Shown here one piece after another: positions 39,329 to 48,326 of a DNA stretch of 64,000 nucleotides. Below the pieces are notes generated by a model. That model ran no database searches. It was given only the letters and a program-made list of their open reading frames with translations, and was not told the DNA's origin. Within the stretch, counting starts at the first letter, position 1. Each line of letters starts with the position of its first letter. Location: the NCBI GenBank assembly GCA_965279375.1, contig OZ257156.1, positions 5,056,001-5,120,000 on the forward strand, given 5' to 3'. This DNA is from Gemmatimonas sp. (lineage in GTDB: Bacteria; Gemmatimonadota; Gemmatimonadetes; Gemmatimonadales; Gemmatimonadaceae). The translations under genes were made by a program, and so were the position numbers.

Positions 39329-41659
39329 TCATCCTTCCAGCACGCTCCGCACCTGCTCCTCGAGCTCTTCCGCGCGGAACGGTTTCTGAACGAACCCGGC
39401 GAGCCCCTTGCCGACAAAGTGTGTTGTCACATTCTGTGCGTTGTAGCCGCTCATCAGCAGCACACGCACAGTCGGATCGATCATGCGCAGCTGACGGAAC
39501 GTTTCCTCACCATCCATGCGTGGCATGGTCAGATCGAGCAGGGTCAGGCAGATGCGCTCTCGCTCCTGCCTGTACACCTCGAGGCCCATGATGCCGTCGG
39601 CCGCCTCGAGGACGTCAAAACCGCGGCGCTCCAGCACGCTGCGCGTCACACGTCGCACTGCCGGCTCATCGTCGATCACCAGCACGGTGCCCGCCCCGCG
39701 CCAGCCAGTCACCGGTGTCGAACTCCGACGCTCCGCTACCGGCTGATCGCTCGCCGGAAAGAACAGCTTGAACGTGGTCCCCTTGCCCGGCTCGGAGTAC
39801 ACGCGAATCGCACCCTGATGCCCCTGCACGATGCCGCGCGCCGCCGCGAGGCCAAGACCGCGCCCCGTGAACTTGGTCGTGAAGAACGGATCGAAAATGC
39901 GTCCGACGGTCTCGGCATCCATGCCGACGCCCGTATCGCACACTTCGAGGAACACGTACGCGCCATCGTTCAGCGGCTCCCCGCCCAGCATGCTCGCACG
40001 GTAGGTCGCATCGACCTCCTGTAGCCCTGTACGCAACACGATCGAGCCCGGCCGATCCTCCAGCGCATCGGATGCATTGGCGAGCAGGTTCATCACCACC
40101 TGCCGCACCTGTGTCGCATCGGCAGCAATCGACGGGAGTCCACGCGCCAGATCGAGATGCAACTCCGCCTTGCGACTCATCGCCGATCGCGCGAGGGTCA
40201 GCATCTCTTCCACCACCTGCGACATCGACACCGGTTCCACCACGAAACGGCCCTTCCCCGCGTACGCCAACAGCTGTCGCGTGAGATCCGACGCGCGCTG
40301 CGCCGCTCCTTCGATATCGACCAGCAAGCTGCGATTGGCCCCGTTCGGTGGGGACTCCACCAAGGCCAGACTCACATTGCCCAGGATGCCGACGAGCAGG
40401 TTGTTGAAGTCGTGCGCAATGCCGCCGGCGAGCACGCCCAGACTCTCGAGCTTCTGCGCGTCCTGCAGCTGCCGCTCCAACTGGCGCCGCTCCTCCTCGA
40501 TGCGCATCTCGTCGGTCCGATCACGCACACACCCCACCACGCGTCGCATCGTGCCATCGGCATCACGCTCGATATTCGCAATCGACGTGAAGTGACGCCA
40601 ACTCCCGTCGGCATGGCGCATCCGGTAGCGCATCTCGAAACCAGCTCCCGAGACGAACGCCGCCTGGCTCGCCTGTCGCACGCCCGGCAGGTCGTCCGGA
40701 TGCACCAATCCCAGCACGTTCGCGCGAATCGGATTGAATTCCGCCGGATCGAGTCCCAGCAGATCGTAGTACTCCGGCGACCAGCTGATCGCTTCCTTTG
40801 TCAGATCCCACACGTAGTTCGCCATACGTGCGATGCGGAACGCCTGCTGCAGGTCGCGCTTGTCGCGCTCCGCTGCTTGCTCCAGCATCACCCGCTCGGT
40901 GATGTCCTGCAGTGTGCCGAACAGCCGCACGACGCGCCCTTCGGCATCGTGTTCGATCGCGGCGAGCGCATGACAGATGCGCGTGCTCCCATCGCGCGGA
41001 CGCATGCGCAACACGATGTCGTAGGGCGCGCCCGTCTCCAGCGTGCGCGTAAGCGCGGCCCAGTTGGCGGCCACGTCATCCGGATGCACGAAATCATCCA
41101 TGCGCGCCGTTCGTGGCCGATAGTCATCCTCGAAGGCCAGCAGGCGGTATGTCTCCTCCGACCACTCCACCGTGTCGGTGGCGATCTCCCATGACCAACT
41201 GCCGACGCGCGCAATCTCCTGCGCCCGCGCCAGCTCACGCTCACCGCGCGCCAGCTTGACTTGCTGCGCCCGACGCTGCGTCACGTCTGTGAGCTGCACG
41301 GCCAGCCCGATGTCGATGGGATACGCCGTGATCTCGAACCAGCGATCCAGCGGCGCGAAGTAATCCTCTACGCGCACCAACTCCTGCTGCGCCACCGCGC
41401 GCCGGTAGGCCACCTCGAAGACGCTGCCTACGGCCCCGGGAAACTCGTGCCACAGGTTCTTGCCGATCAATTCCGCCGCCGTGCGCTGCACCAAGCGCGC
41501 ACCCTCGGCGTTGATGAACGCCACGCGCCACTCCCGGTCAAGCGCCAGAATTGCGACCGGCGCGAACTCCACCATTTGATAGAGCACGCGGGCATCGAGC
41601 CCGGTACTCGGCAGTTGCAGTGACTCCAATGCGGTGCGCCCTCTGGAATGGCCGGACAT
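39329..41659 (-). CDS. Cytoplasmic hybrid sensor histidine kinase/response regulator with three PAS domains
   Basis: PAS (VHPDD) repeats, H-box LAGGIAHDFNNLL, DTGVGM, FDPFFTTK, GLGL, receiver DLTMPRMDG; no TM segment. Confidence 0.93.
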   Translation of the reverse strand: MSGHSRGRTALESLQLPSTGLDARVLYQMVEFAPVAILALDREWRVAFINAEGARLVQRTAAELIGKNLWHEFPGAVGSVFEVAYRRAVAQQELVRVEDYFAPLDRWFEITAYPIDIGLAVQLTDVTQRRAQQVKLARGERELARAQEIARVGSWSWEIATDTVEWSEETYRLLAFEDDYRPRTARMDDFVHPDDVAANWAALTRTLETGAPYDIVLRMRPRDGSTRICHALAAIEHDAEGRVVRLFGTLQDITERVMLEQAAERDKRDLQQAFRIARMANYVWDLTKEAISWSPEYYDLLGLDPAEFNPIRANVLGLVHPDDLPGVRQASQAAFVSGAGFEMRYRMRHADGSWRHFTSIANIERDADGTMRRVVGCVRDRTDEMRIEEERRQLERQLQDAQKLESLGVLAGGIAHDFNNLLVGILGNVSLALVESPPNGANRSLLVDIEGAAQRASDLTRQLLAYAGKGRFVVEPVSMSQVVEEMLTLARSAMSRKAELHLDLARGLPSIAADATQVRQVVMNLLANASDALEDRPGSIVLRTGLQEVDATYRASMLGGEPLNDGAYVFLEVCDTGVGMDAETVGRIFDPFFTTKFTGRGLGLAAARGIVQGHQGAIRVYSEPGKGTTFKLFFPASDQPVAERRSSTPVTGWRGAGTVLVIDDEPAVRRVTRSVLERRGFDVLEAADGIMGLEVYRQERERICLTLLDLTMPRMDGEETFRQLRMIDPTVRVLLMSGYNAQNVTTHFVGKGLAGFVQKPFRAEELEEQVRSVLEG

Positions 41660-41755
41660 GCCTGCAGGTGCGATTGCAAGATACGTCCGGGCACTCCCGC
41701 CGGCTTATCCCATCCCAGCAGCTGCCGGCCGTCAAGGACTAGCCTTCGCCCATTT

Positions 41756-41773
41756 CTTCGGTATTTATTCGGT
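41756..41773. promoter_or_regulatory. Putative DNA-damage (SOS-like) operator, TTCGG-N6-TTCGG direct repeat
   Basis: CTTCGGTATTTATTCGGT 18 bp upstream of the imuA ATG; 16/18 identical to 49121-49138. Confidence 0.6.
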
Positions 41774-41791
41774 TGTCATCCAATACACCCC

Positions 41792-42991
41792 ATGCCTGCC
41801 GCCGCCCGCCTCTCTGCCACCCCCGCCGTGGACTCTCTCGCCGTCGCCCGCTCGCTCGAGCAGATCCGGGCGCAGATGGACGAGGTGGTCATTGGCAAGC
41901 GTCCGGCAGGACTCCCCATGCCAACGGGCGTCCCGCTGCTCGATGCCGCATTGGGCGGAGGCGTCCCGCGCGGCCGCATCACCGAAGTCGTGGGGATGCG
42001 CGGCGTCGGCAAGACGGCGCTGCTGCGGGAAGTGGTGCGGCGTGTGCTGGCCGCAGGAAGCTGGGTGGCGTGGGTGGATGCACGGCGGACACTGGCGGCT
42101 GCCCCTTGGGCTTCGCTGGGCTCGCGGTTGGTGATGATCCGCCCGCGCGATGCCGCGCGAGGCGCCTGGTGCGCGGATACGCTGCTGCGCAGTGGCGTCT
42201 TTGCGCTGGTGGTGCTGGATGGCGCCCCACCGCTCTCCCGGGTCAACGGCGTACGGCTGGCCCAACTCGCCCGGGAGCGCGACGCGGCGCTGGTCATCGT
42301 CGCCGACGGTACGCAGCCCAGCCGTGTGGGCGGTGCGGTCCGACTCAAGGTGACACCGCAGGCAGCCACGACTGCCCGACGACGATCACCGAGCACAGCC
42401 GAAGCAGCCCCCGGCCCTGCCCCGGGTTTCCTGGTGACCGTCGAAAAAGGTGGTGTCTTTCGTTCCGTCGAGGTGAGCAGTGCAGTCGTCGTGGCGCGTC
42501 GCGTGTGTACGGATCCCGAGATTCCCGATCGGCGCGGGGTGGCGCGAGGAACGCGTCATACCTGGACGCCGCACAGCCACGCCAACGACGCCACCAACAG
42601 CGCCCAGCCCATCACGTGGGGCGGGCTGGGTGCATCCGTCGAGAACGTCCGCAGCGCCGACGCCGTCCTCGCCACCGGCCACGCAGCTGGCGCTGCCGTT
42701 CCTGACGCCGACGCCAGCGAGCGACGCCGGCGCGACTGGAGCAGCAGCAAGGGGCGGAGGCGCGCCGCCGAGTCCGGGTATGGGAGACGGAGTCGCCGTG
42801 AGGCCGCCCGGGATCGGATCGGGGCCGCTCTCGCGACTCAAAGTGGGCAGTCGCATGGCAGCAACGGAACGCCGCGCCTCGGCCGCGACGGTGGGAGTCG
42901 AACACTCGGCGGCGGAGCCGCGCACGGCGTTCCAGCCGCCGGTACCCATGCGGGCGCCGCATTGGGACGCGTTCCCGCGGGCGTTGGCTGA
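41792..42991 (+). CDS. imuA: RecA-like ImuA mutasome protein
   Basis: PTGVPLLDAALGGGVPRGRITEVVGMRGVGKT, VAWVDA, DTLLRSGVFALVVLD; upstream of the imuB-like gene. Confidence 0.82.
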   Translation: MPAAARLSATPAVDSLAVARSLEQIRAQMDEVVIGKRPAGLPMPTGVPLLDAALGGGVPRGRITEVVGMRGVGKTALLREVVRRVLAAGSWVAWVDARRTLAAAPWASLGSRLVMIRPRDAARGAWCADTLLRSGVFALVVLDGAPPLSRVNGVRLAQLARERDAALVIVADGTQPSRVGGAVRLKVTPQAATTARRRSPSTAEAAPGPAPGFLVTVEKGGVFRSVEVSSAVVVARRVCTDPEIPDRRGVARGTRHTWTPHSHANDATNSAQPITWGGLGASVENVRSADAVLATGHAAGAAVPDADASERRRRDWSSSKGRRRAAESGYGRRSRREAARDRIGAALATQSGQSHGSNGTPRLGRDGGSRTLGGGAAHGVPAAGTHAGAALGRVPAGVG

Positions 42992-44819
42992 CGGCCAGCG
43001 GCTGCGCGTGGTGTCGCTGGCCGCCGGGCGCGCCGGTGTGCGGGCGGGGATGAGTGTGCCGGAGGCGCGCGCCTGTTGCGCCGCGCTCGAGGTGCGGGCG
43101 TGGGATGATGACGTGATGGCCGACGCGATCCTCGCGACGACGACGGCGTTGCTGGCGGCCAGTCCGCAGGTGACACCGGTTGCGGGGGCGCCGGGCATGT
43201 GGTGGGTGGGGGCGACCGGGTTTGGCGGATTGGGGGGCGAGGAGACGCTGGCGCGCACGCTCCTGGCGATCGCGCAGACGGTGCATCCGGACGCGCGGGT
43301 GGCCATCGCCGACTCGTGTGTGGCGGCGCGTGCCGCGACCTGGGCGCCCAAGCCATCGACAGCGCGTCCGCCTGCGACCCCCTATGCGAATCACCACGTG
43401 AAACAGAATGGGCGGGTGGCGGAGGCGGACCCACTGGCGTTGCCGGCAGGAGTGACGCTGATCCCGACGGGGTGCTGTGCGACGTATCTGGGGCCGGCGC
43501 CGCTGGGACTCGTGCCGATGGAGGAGGAGTTGCGCGACGCCCTCAAGGCGCTGGGGCTGCGCACGGTCGGGGCGTTGGCGGCCCTCGAGCCGGGCGATGT
43601 GGAGCGGCGCTGGGGCGCGGACGGGCTGACGGCGTGGCGGTTGTCGCGGGGCGAGGATCCCCGTCGGCCGGGATTGGTGCGAGTGGAAGCGGCGCGCAGT
43701 GCGAGCGTGGAGTTGCCGGCCCCGGCGGAGGCCGCGGCACCGGTGCTGTTCGTGGCGCGCGCGCTGCTGGAGCGGTTGGTGCGCGAGTTGGTGGAGGACG
43801 GCCGCGCCGCCGCGTCGGTGGCGATCACGCTGGTGCTGGACGCGGGTCGATCGTGGCCGCTGGAGGAGGAAGAAACGGCGCAGGAGAGCAGGCCGGAGGG
43901 CGCGCTGCGGGCGGACGCGCTGCGGGCGGACGTGCTGCGGGCGGACGTGCTACGCGACCATCCAGGAGCGACACCGTCCGAGCATTCCGCAAAGCAGCAT
44001 AGCCCGCTGCCTAACGCGCTGCCTAACCCACGACCGAGCGCGCTACATAACCCGCTGCATAACCCGTCGAGCTATCTCAACGCTGGGTTAGATGGGGTGC
44101 GCCCACCGGCACCGTCGCCCGATCGCCTGCAGCTGCTGGCGATTCCTCATCGCACGATCACGCGCGAGATCCGTCCGGCGCGGCCGATTGCGCGGCTGGA
44201 GCCGTTGTTCGATCAGTGTCGGTCGTTGTTGGAGCAGTGGGTGATTCCGGCGCCGGTGATCGGGGTGACGTTGAGCATTCCGGCCACCGCACCACTCGCG
44301 GCCGATCAGGGCGATCTACTGATCCCGTCGTGGCGTGACGCCGCGATGAACGCCGATGCGGTGTTCACGCGACTCCGCGCAGTGCTCGACCCGGAAAACA
44401 CGGGCGATATCGTGGTGCATCCCGTCGCCGGCGATGCGCACCGGCCGGAGGAAGCGGGGCGTTGGGCGCGTGCGGACGCGATGGAGTTGGGCGTAGCGAA
44501 CACCGCAGACGTGAAGAGTGCGGAGGCGAAAAGCGCAGAGGCGAAGACGGCCGGCGTGCTACGGTTGTTCGATGCGCCGGAGTCGGTGGAGGTGGAGGAG
44601 GCGTCGGGGATGCCGGACGCGTGCTGGTGGCGTGGGCGTCGGCTGAGCTTCAGCGCAGTGGATGGCCCCGAGCGACTGAGCGGCGATTGGTGGCGCACCG
44701 ATGCGTTCGCCCGCGATTACTGGCGCTGCACGGTGGCCAGCGAGGGGGAGTTGCTGCTGTATCGCGATGCGGTGCCCGGCCGCGCCCCGCGCTGGTTTGT
44801 GCAGGGGTGGTACGACTGA
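42480..44819 (+). CDS. imuB: ImuB, catalytically inactive Y-family polymerase homolog
   Basis: N-terminal RVACVRIPRFPI, AGVRAGMSVPEARA, LKALGLRTVGAL, C-terminal GPERLSGDWW..ARDYW..LLYRD..WFVQGWYD. Confidence 0.85.
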   Translation: MQSSWRVACVRIPRFPIGAGWREERVIPGRRTATPTTPPTAPSPSRGAGWVHPSRTSAAPTPSSPPATQLALPFLTPTPASDAGATGAAARGGGAPPSPGMGDGVAVRPPGIGSGPLSRLKVGSRMAATERRASAATVGVEHSAAEPRTAFQPPVPMRAPHWDAFPRALADGQRLRVVSLAAGRAGVRAGMSVPEARACCAALEVRAWDDDVMADAILATTTALLAASPQVTPVAGAPGMWWVGATGFGGLGGEETLARTLLAIAQTVHPDARVAIADSCVAARAATWAPKPSTARPPATPYANHHVKQNGRVAEADPLALPAGVTLIPTGCCATYLGPAPLGLVPMEEELRDALKALGLRTVGALAALEPGDVERRWGADGLTAWRLSRGEDPRRPGLVRVEAARSASVELPAPAEAAAPVLFVARALLERLVRELVEDGRAAASVAITLVLDAGRSWPLEEEETAQESRPEGALRADALRADVLRADVLRDHPGATPSEHSAKQHSPLPNALPNPRPSALHNPLHNPSSYLNAGLDGVRPPAPSPDRLQLLAIPHRTITREIRPARPIARLEPLFDQCRSLLEQWVIPAPVIGVTLSIPATAPLAADQGDLLIPSWRDAAMNADAVFTRLRAVLDPENTGDIVVHPVAGDAHRPEEAGRWARADAMELGVANTADVKSAEAKSAEAKTAGVLRLFDAPESVEVEEASGMPDACWWRGRRLSFSAVDGPERLSGDWWRTDAFARDYWRCTVASEGELLLYRDAVPGRAPRWFVQGWYD
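43903..44070 (+). repeat. In-frame short tandem repeats in an imuB insertion (LRADA/LRADV; PN/HN-xx units)
   Basis: ctgcgggcggacgcg/gtg x3; cctaac and cataac 12-bp units. Confidence 0.7.
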
Positions 44820-44843
44820 GATGGCGAGGAAACCGCGTGATGA

Positions 44844-45082
44844 GTAACCGGTCACCGCCAACGCCGTTCGCTCCACTGATCTCCCGCCACTCACCACCCG
44901 AGACCCGCGACAGGGTGGTGTCGGGTTGGCGGTCCTCGATCCCGCCTGAACTGAGCGAAAAACTCTGAACCGGGGACTGGCCACTGTACCCTGCCGCCGC
45001 GCTGACACTCCTCTGTTCCGGGTCGCGAGTGGTGAGTGGTCGGTCTTGAGTGGAGCGGACTGCGTCGTGAGTGACCGGCAAC
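44844..45082 (+). repeat. Palindromic 205-bp-core dispersed element, copy 1 (MITE/REPIN-like or structured RNA)
   Basis: Core 44861-45065 bounded by ACGCCGTTCGCTCCACT and an imperfect inverse; homologous to 48055-48259 and (inverted) 53429-53633. Confidence 0.9.
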
Positions 45083-45106
45083 TGCAGTGCGTCTGACCAG
45101 ACAGGG

Positions 45107-45334
45107 CTAGTCGCGATCGTTCACGTTGTCGGTACGCTGCGCCGCCACGGCCGCGCGCCATTCCGGATCACTCCGCGACACAAGCCGACCGCCGATGTAC
45201 AACTTGGCCGTCGCCAATTCCTCATCCGTAGGCTCTGGAAGCTCGTCGTACTCCTCCGGCTGGATGACGTGCGCATCCACCCGGGCCAGATCAGAGCCGA
45301 TTTTGGGCAGCGAACCACGCTTGTTCTCTGGCAT
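45107..45334 (-). CDS. brnA: BrnA-like antitoxin, apparently lacking the C-terminal RHH domain
   Basis: SDLARVDAHVIQPEEYDELPE.TDE N-terminus; overlaps the brnT 3' end; no SLRL...GWQTR segment. Confidence 0.65.
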   Translation of the reverse strand: MPENKRGSLPKIGSDLARVDAHVIQPEEYDELPEPTDEELATAKLYIGGRLVSRSDPEWRAAVAAQRTDNVNDRD

Positions 45335-45566
45335 TGGCCTTCCTCATGCTGAAGACGTGACGGGCATCGCCCCGCGGAGTGTAACCAACGAGCATCAGGC
45401 GACCGCGCAACAGCCCGAAGCAACGCACACGCCGTTCACCGTAGTCCCTGCGTACATCATCCAGCTCCGCGCACTGCCCAGCAAAGACGTGAAGGGCGTC
45501 CTCGAAGTCGAGGCCGCGTACAGTCAGCGTCCATGCGCGTTTGGCCGGATCGTACGTGATCCGCAG
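45291..45566 (-). CDS. brnT: BrnT family ribonuclease toxin (91 aa, CTG start or lost start; not in the ORF track)
   Basis: Manual translation LRITYDPAKRAWTLTVRGLDFEDALHVF...DDVRRDYGERR...LVGYTPRGDARHVFSMRKANAREQ. Confidence 0.85.
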   Translation of the reverse strand: MRITYDPAKRAWTLTVRGLDFEDALHVFAGQCAELDDVRRDYGERRVRCFGLLRGRLMLVGYTPRGDARHVFSMRKANAREQAWFAAQNRL

Positions 45567-45730
45567 CGGCTACGCCCCAAGATATACGAGCCGCCCGCTG
45601 TCCGGTGCCATGCAGACAGGCTACGACCGTGCGTACAAACGCCTGTCATCGAAATGACGCAGGGGAGTGAAAAAGCCCGCAAAGTCATGCACCCCCCTTC
45701 TCGTGCCCACGCGTGCCACGACCTAAGCCG

Positions 45731-47524
45731 CTACGGCGCCTGCCCCATCCCGCGCCCGCGACCATCCAGCACTATGTGCCGCCCCGTCGCCGACGACCGC
45801 AGCGCCGGCGCCGAAGCAATCTCGGCAGAGACCGAGATCAATTCCCCGCGCAGACTGCGCACATGCAGATCGCGGCCGGTGAGTCCGCGCATGACGACGA
45901 ATGGTGTTCTCAACCGCGTGGTGTCCTTGGCGGTCGCAGGTTGCCCAGGCCGCGGCGCCGCGTAGAGCAGCACCATCACCGGCTCGCCCGACTTCGAATC
46001 CACCTGCACCCGCGCACTCGGCGTCATCGGTCGTGCCGGCAACGACGACATTTCGGCGAGGGTGAGCACGCCACGCGTCCCGCGCGATGTCAGCGTCAGC
46101 TCAGTTCCGAACACCGCGCGCATGTCGAACACGACGCTGTCCGCGCTCTGGAACGTCAGCCCGCCCGAAGTGAGATCGACCGCCAGCGCAAACGGCGTGC
46201 GGATGCGCATCGTGTCCGTGCGAACGATCGGTGTCTCACCGCGCAGCACGACACGCGCCGAGTCGTTCAGGATGACGAACACGTCGGTCACATACCCGTT
46301 GGGAGTCGAGACCGAGACCGTACCCGTGCGAGGCACACGCGCGAGGAGTGCCGCTGAGCGCGAGGGCGACGACGCGGCCGGTGTCGCAACCGGCGGCCCC
46401 GCCGGAGACCCGGTCACCACCTGCGGCGGCGCCGGCATCGCGACCGCGAGCGACACCACCCCACACGCGCCCACACCAAGCAGCGCCGAGTACCAGACAC
46501 GAGGACGAGAAGATGGCGTGGTCATGGCAAGAATTCTCCGGGTGAGATGTGCGCGCGATGACTCCAGCGACACCAGCGCAACGTGTGCCCAACGAGGACG
46601 CGCAGCTGATCGACCGGCACGCTCGCCAACCAACAGCAACAGCGAGGCGTAGCGACGCACATCCGGCTCCGCGCGCAGCACGCGCGCATCGCAATCGAGC
46701 TCGATCGCCGCACGCAACCGTCGCGTCATCCACCACGCCGCGAGGTTCCATGGCATCAGCGCGAGCAGCAGTGCCGAATACAGCTGAAGCGCGGGATCGC
46801 GCGCCGCGAGATGCTCCCATTCGTGCTGCAGCACGAGTGCACGCATCGATGGTTCGAGCTCGAGCGCCCACTGGGGCAAGACAATCCGCGGACGGATGAT
46901 GCCGGTCGCGGCGGGGCCGAGGCTCGGCGTGAGGATCACCTCGACCGACACGTCACCAAGCGCGCGATCGTCACGTGCACTGTCGAGCGTAGTGCCGAAC
47001 GTGGTGTCGCACGAGGTCTCCCACGACACGCCCAACGCTGCATCGCGCCCGTGATCGATCGTCGCATGGGTCGCATCAGTGACACGCGCCGACCGCCGCA
47101 TCGCGAGTAGCAGTGCGGAGAGCATGAGCACCGACAGCGCGAGCCATGCGATGAGCAGAGCGCGATCGAATGGCGACGCCCACTCAGCCAACGCCGCAAA
47201 GCGATCAGCCACCACGTCGCGCCAGGCGAACGGCAGGGCTGTTCCATCCGTGTTGCTGTCTACGATGGACGGCTGCGCGACGGTCTCCAGCGCGTTCGGC
47301 TGCTGTACGATCGTCATCGTCACATCAACGGGCAGCGTCGAAGGCGAGGCCACACGCGATGAGAGCACAGCGAATATCGGCAGCACTGCCGCGCTGCACA
47401 GCAACACGAGCCACAGGCCGCGTGTTGGCAGCTTTCGCTGCAGCAGGATCGGCTCGATCGCGAGCCCTACCAGCACGAACAACAGCGTGATGAGCAGCGA
47501 GAACCCCATCCACGCGGCGATCAC
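45731..47524 (-). CDS. BlaR1/MecR1-like M56 metallopeptidase sensor
   Basis: N-terminal TMs, GPAATGIIRPRIVLP, HEWEH, PWN, ELDCDARVL. Confidence 0.9.
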   Translation of the reverse strand: MIAAWMGFSLLITLLFVLVGLAIEPILLQRKLPTRGLWLVLLCSAAVLPIFAVLSSRVASPSTLPVDVTMTIVQQPNALETVAQPSIVDSNTDGTALPFAWRDVVADRFAALAEWASPFDRALLIAWLALSVLMLSALLLAMRRSARVTDATHATIDHGRDAALGVSWETSCDTTFGTTLDSARDDRALGDVSVEVILTPSLGPAATGIIRPRIVLPQWALELEPSMRALVLQHEWEHLAARDPALQLYSALLLALMPWNLAAWWMTRRLRAAIELDCDARVLRAEPDVRRYASLLLLVGERAGRSAARPRWAHVALVSLESSRAHLTRRILAMTTPSSRPRVWYSALLGVGACGVVSLAVAMPAPPQVVTGSPAGPPVATPAASSPSRSAALLARVPRTGTVSVSTPNGYVTDVFVILNDSARVVLRGETPIVRTDTMRIRTPFALAVDLTSGGLTFQSADSVVFDMRAVFGTELTLTSRGTRGVLTLAEMSSLPARPMTPSARVQVDSKSGEPVMVLLYAAPRPGQPATAKDTTRLRTPFVVMRGLTGRDLHVRSLRGELISVSAEIASAPALRSSATGRHIVLDGRGRGMGQAP

Positions 47525-47934
47525 TTGCGTCTCCGTGCGTTCGCTTTACCCGCCGTGGGCGTGGTGTCAGCAGTCGCCAGTCGCGCATCGAGCAGCTGCT
47601 GCAGCGCGCGCACATCGTCGGTGGACAACGACGCATCCGTCACGAGATGCGTCAGCAGATCGAGCGGAGATCCGCGGAACAGCTTCTGCGTCAGTCGCGC
47701 CACCTGACTGCCACGCACGCGCTCTTCCTGCACGAGCGCGTGATAACGATGCAGCCGCCCTTCCTCGGCGTGCCCGACCAGCTCCTTCGCTTCGAGGTTG
47801 CGCAGGATGGTGAGCACCGTGTTGTAGGCGAGCTCCGCCGGCAACTGTTCGCGTACATCGGCCACCGTTCCGGGGCCATGTCGCCACAACACACCCAGTA
47901 CGTCGAGCTCGCGTTCGCCGAGCGATACGTCCAC
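47521..47934 (-). CDS. BlaI/MecI/CopY family repressor
   Basis: LGERELDVLGVLW..GPGTV, LAYNTVLTILRNLEAK, LFRGS. Confidence 0.92.
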   Translation of the reverse strand: MDVSLGERELDVLGVLWRHGPGTVADVREQLPAELAYNTVLTILRNLEAKELVGHAEEGRLHRYHALVQEERVRGSQVARLTQKLFRGSPLDLLTHLVTDASLSTDDVRALQQLLDARLATADTTPTAGKANARRRK

Positions 47935-47942
47935 GGAACGGC

Positions 47943-48008
47943 TCCTGAACTATGAGGTTAGTTCAGGATAGGACGCAGACGAAGTTCTGTCAACTATCCG
48001 ATTAGTTG
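47943..48008. promoter_or_regulatory. Twin palindromic operators for the BlaI-like repressor
   Basis: TCCTGAACTA-N6-TAGTTCAGGA (47943-47968) and CAACTA-N6-TAGTTG (47991-48008). Confidence 0.8.
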
Positions 48009-48037
48009 TTGGTCTTGGTCGGCAAGAGTTCCGGTGA

Positions 48038-48270
48038 GCAACCGCTCACCGCCAACGCCGTTCGCTCCACTGATCTCCCGCCACTCACCACCCGTAGCCC
48101 GAAACAGGGTTGTGTCGGGTTGGCGGTCCGCGACCCCGCCTGAGCTGAGTGAAAAACTCTGAACCGGGGACTGGCGACCGCGCCCTGCCGCCGCTCTGAC
48201 ACTGCTCCGTTCCGAGTCGCGAGTGGTGGGTGGTCGGTCTTGAGTGGAGCGAACGGCGTGACCGGTCACC
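48038..48270 (+). repeat. Palindromic 205-bp-core dispersed element, copy 2
   Basis: Core 48055-48259 with a perfect 17-bp terminal inverted repeat ACGCCGTTCGCTCCACT/AGTGGAGCGAACGGCGT. Confidence 0.9.
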
Positions 48271-48326
48271 GATGGAACCCGATGGAGCGAACAGCATGGG
48301 GAGTTACCGCTGCTCTCGGCGATGCA

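Noticed and set aside
39329..41659. Hybrid kinase as a LOV photoreceptor or the PYP output partner
   Set aside because: No NCRFLQ motif in its PAS domains; the link to PYP is proximity only
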